Source: Allobaculum sp. (lineage in GTDB: Bacteria > Bacillota_I > Bacilli_A > Erysipelotrichales > Erysipelotrichaceae). From it: DNA of 29,034 nt. This document shows positions 27,158-29,034 of the stretch, one piece after another. Within the stretch, counting starts at the first letter, position 1. Each line of letters opens with the position of its first letter. Location of the stretch: NCBI GenBank assembly GCA_051873775.1, contig JBJEFF010000154.1, positions 1-29,034 on the forward strand, in the 5' to 3' direction. The notes beneath the pieces were generated by a model that did no database searches, had not been told where the DNA came from, and was given only the letters and a program-made list of their open reading frames with translations. The translations under genes and the position numbers were made by a program.

Positions 27158-28440
27158 ATTTTTCTCTCCTGTTCCTTCGGCAGTTCAAGTTCCAGTGCAA
27201 AAACCGGAAAAGACTGGATTTTCATCGTTCCCCCTAAGTTTTGAACATTGCGGGAAAGGTTCTGCAGACCGCCTTTCGGTACAATCTCCTCTTTAGGAGC
27301 AAGTCCGTTATTCGTAATGTGGATTCCAACATGGTCTGGTGTGTCTGTCATTTCAATGAACAGCTGATCAGCCTGGGCATGGCGGACCCCGTTAATCAGG
27401 CATTCTCTCATCGCCATGATCCGCAGATCATAAAGCTGTTCATCTTCAGGAAGATGACCGGTAAGATGAACGGTTACACCGATAGTTCCGGCATCCTGAA
27501 TGAATTTCTGCAGCTCGGTCTTTTCAGGAAGGTACTTATTATCATTTTTTATGGCACTGACTGCGTGACGGAGCAGATCCGCCACATTCGTGGTTTCATG
27601 ATTATGGTCTAAAAGTAAAGACTGACGCAGTACCGTCAGGCATCCGCCCATCTGATCGTGTAATCTGGTTTTAGCCGAGAGAATTTCCTTTTCACGGGTG
27701 AGAAGGAGTGCGTTATCGGAGAGAGCTTTCAGCTCCTCGGCAATCGTCTGCAACTGTTCGGTCTGCTTTATTAATTCCAGATTTTTTTCGTACTGGTCTG
27801 TAACATCGGAAAAGACCGCTTCAGTATAAGAAGTCCCATCTTTGCCCGTCAGATGACTTTCTGAATAGTGCCACGCTTTACCATCCGGGAAGAGATAGTT
27901 CTTTCTTTCTCTCGACAGACAGAGAATTCCAGTATGTGAATCACAGTCTTCTAATGCCTGACGAAGTTCATCAATCGTCTGCAGATCGGTCTGCATGATG
28001 GAGTGATACAGATGATGCATCTGCCGGTTGCAGAGTTTCACAGTCCCCTGTTCGGTAAAGTAGCACACTCCGCTAGGCAGCTGATCGATGGCTTCCTTGA
28101 TGGAATTATTGCTTAGCTGCATGCGGTAAAACTTACGGACCTGTCCTAACGACCATAAAAGATACACCGTCAGGACCATTTCGATCAGCCAGATGCACCC
28201 CATCGGAACGACCATCCCCTGAGTAAGCAGCAGTCCTTCATCGATCAGATACACCAAATAGGAGCACCATGAAAGCGCAGCAAACTGAATCAGAAAGAGG
28301 AGCAGACAGACTCCTTTTTTTCCGGGTCCGTCTTTAGTGAAACTGATCAGACAAAGAAACAGAATGATAATCAGATTGAGCAGCATATACAGCATCAGCA
28401 GAAACTGACTGCCTGCCGAACTCAGCGCAAAAGGTCTCAT
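27154..28440 (-). CDS. Sensor histidine kinase, HisKA_3/NarX-LiaS type, with multi-TM N-terminus and a PAS-like cytoplasmic domain
   Basis: About four N-terminal TM helices. H-box LHDQMGGCLTVLRQ. HATPase_c motifs (LINGVRHAQADQ…, GGLQNLSRNVQNLGG). It overlaps the RR start by 4 bp (ATGA), consistent with translational coupling. Confidence 0.8.
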   Translation of the reverse strand: MRPFALSSAGSQFLLMLYMLLNLIIILFLCLISFTKDGPGKKGVCLLLFLIQFAALSWCSYLVYLIDEGLLLTQGMVVPMGCIWLIEMVLTVYLLWSLGQVRKFYRMQLSNNSIKEAIDQLPSGVCYFTEQGTVKLCNRQMHHLYHSIMQTDLQTIDELRQALEDCDSHTGILCLSRERKNYLFPDGKAWHYSESHLTGKDGTSYTEAVFSDVTDQYEKNLELIKQTEQLQTIAEELKALSDNALLLTREKEILSAKTRLHDQMGGCLTVLRQSLLLDHNHETTNVADLLRHAVSAIKNDNKYLPEKTELQKFIQDAGTIGVTVHLTGHLPEDEQLYDLRIMAMRECLINGVRHAQADQLFIEMTDTPDHVGIHITNNGLAPKEEIVPKGGLQNLSRNVQNLGGTMKIQSFPVFALELELPKEQERKI

Positions 28441-28444
28441 AAAT

Positions 28445-29034
28445 TCACCTCCGCTTTTTACAGGAATAAGTAAACCGCCATACTCCGTCTTCGCAGTCAG
28501 TCATATCTCCCTCTTTTACAAAGTCGGTAAGATCTTCACTCGTTTCGACTTCAAGAGTAAAGAGGATAGAATCTTCAAGATTGCGTGCTTTGAGCCATAC
28601 CGAATAAAGGTGTCCAAGACTCTTTTCAATTACACCTTCAAAAAAATCGTAGACCTGATTGACCTGTACGACAGATATCTTTTCCCCGACCGGAATATCG
28701 ATTGCACAATCGACATCCATCAGACGAAGGCTCATAAACGATTCTTCAAGACATGCCGCAAGTTCAGCCGTATCCGTCATTACCGTTTTTTCACCGATAA
28801 AAACAAGATTGCCTCTGCGCTTAAGATAAGTGCCGATTACACCGATTCGCGCAAGAAGGCTGCGCTGAAGAACAGGATCATCAGCTGCTTCATAACGGGT
28901 CAGCAGGTCATCAAGCAAATCAATCTGACTCGATGTCTGCTCCTGAAGCTGTTCATACAGACGCGTTTTTTCACGGAGGGTATGAATCCTTATTTTCGTA
29001 CGGTAGTTCTTTTCTTCCACATCGTTATTTCTCG
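28445..29034 (-). CDS. Hypothetical protein, 5'-partial (the frame continues past the window edge); possibly a degenerate GHKL/kinase-like C-terminal domain
   Basis: The frame is open to 29034. The listed GTG at 29020 is not necessarily the start. It ends 4 nt before the HK start, so it is probably the same operon. No confident motif. Confidence 0.35.
   Translation of the reverse strand, partial: RNNDVEEKNYRTKIRIHTLREKTRLYEQLQEQTSSQIDLLDDLLTRYEAADDPVLQRSLLARIGVIGTYLKRRGNLVFIGEKTVMTDTAELAACLEESFMSLRLMDVDCAIDIPVGEKISVVQVNQVYDFFEGVIEKSLGHLYSVWLKARNLEDSILFTLEVETSEDLTDFVKEGDMTDCEDGVWRFTYSCKKRR

Noticed and set aside
20420-29034. Search for a pspA/liaH (ESCRT-III-like coiled-coil) gene accompanying the YdjGHI-like genes
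   Set aside because: No ORF of ~220 aa with the PspA coiled-coil pattern is present in the window. The only coiled-coil ORF (18879-19376) has an Rpn-type C-terminus instead.

Overview
The window is a low-GC Gram-positive (Firmicutes-type) chromosomal segment. AGGAGG-type ribosome-binding sites, GTG/TTG start codons and hairpin-plus-T-run terminators are seen throughout.

Housekeeping and metabolic genes:
- a histidine phosphatase-family protein (5'-partial) and an SDR oxidoreductase on the + strand;
- IMP dehydrogenase, a type I pullulanase, class II fumarase, cardiolipin synthase and polyphosphate kinase 1, the last carrying a long acidic/proline-rich C-terminal tail;
- a HAD hydrolase.

Two accessory modules stand out:
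1. Positions 1288-5890 on the - strand hold a McrBC-like pair. The McrB-like AAA+ GTPase carries a large unknown N-terminal domain and a coiled coil. The McrC-like PD-(D/E)xK nuclease is split by a frameshift at an A5/T5 homopolymer. The arrangement resembles the coiled-coil McrBC relatives (CoCoNuT-like) defence systems.
2. Positions 20420-25901 on the - strand hold a five-gene membrane-associated cluster:
   - an SPFH protein with four C-terminal zinc ribbons;
   - a zinc-ribbon protein with a 45-bp x ~6.5 tandem repeat;
   - a lipoprotein;
   - a double zinc-ribbon protein with a C-terminal membrane anchor;
   - a TPM-domain protein.
   It is reminiscent of the Bacillus ydjGHI envelope-stress partners of pspA, but no pspA is present. 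Immediately upstream lie a NarL/LiaSR-type two-component system and a stand-alone pseudo-receiver.

The window also contains an Rpn/DUF4351-like C-terminal fragment and several terminator hairpins. All calls rest on motif recognition by eye. No database search was run.
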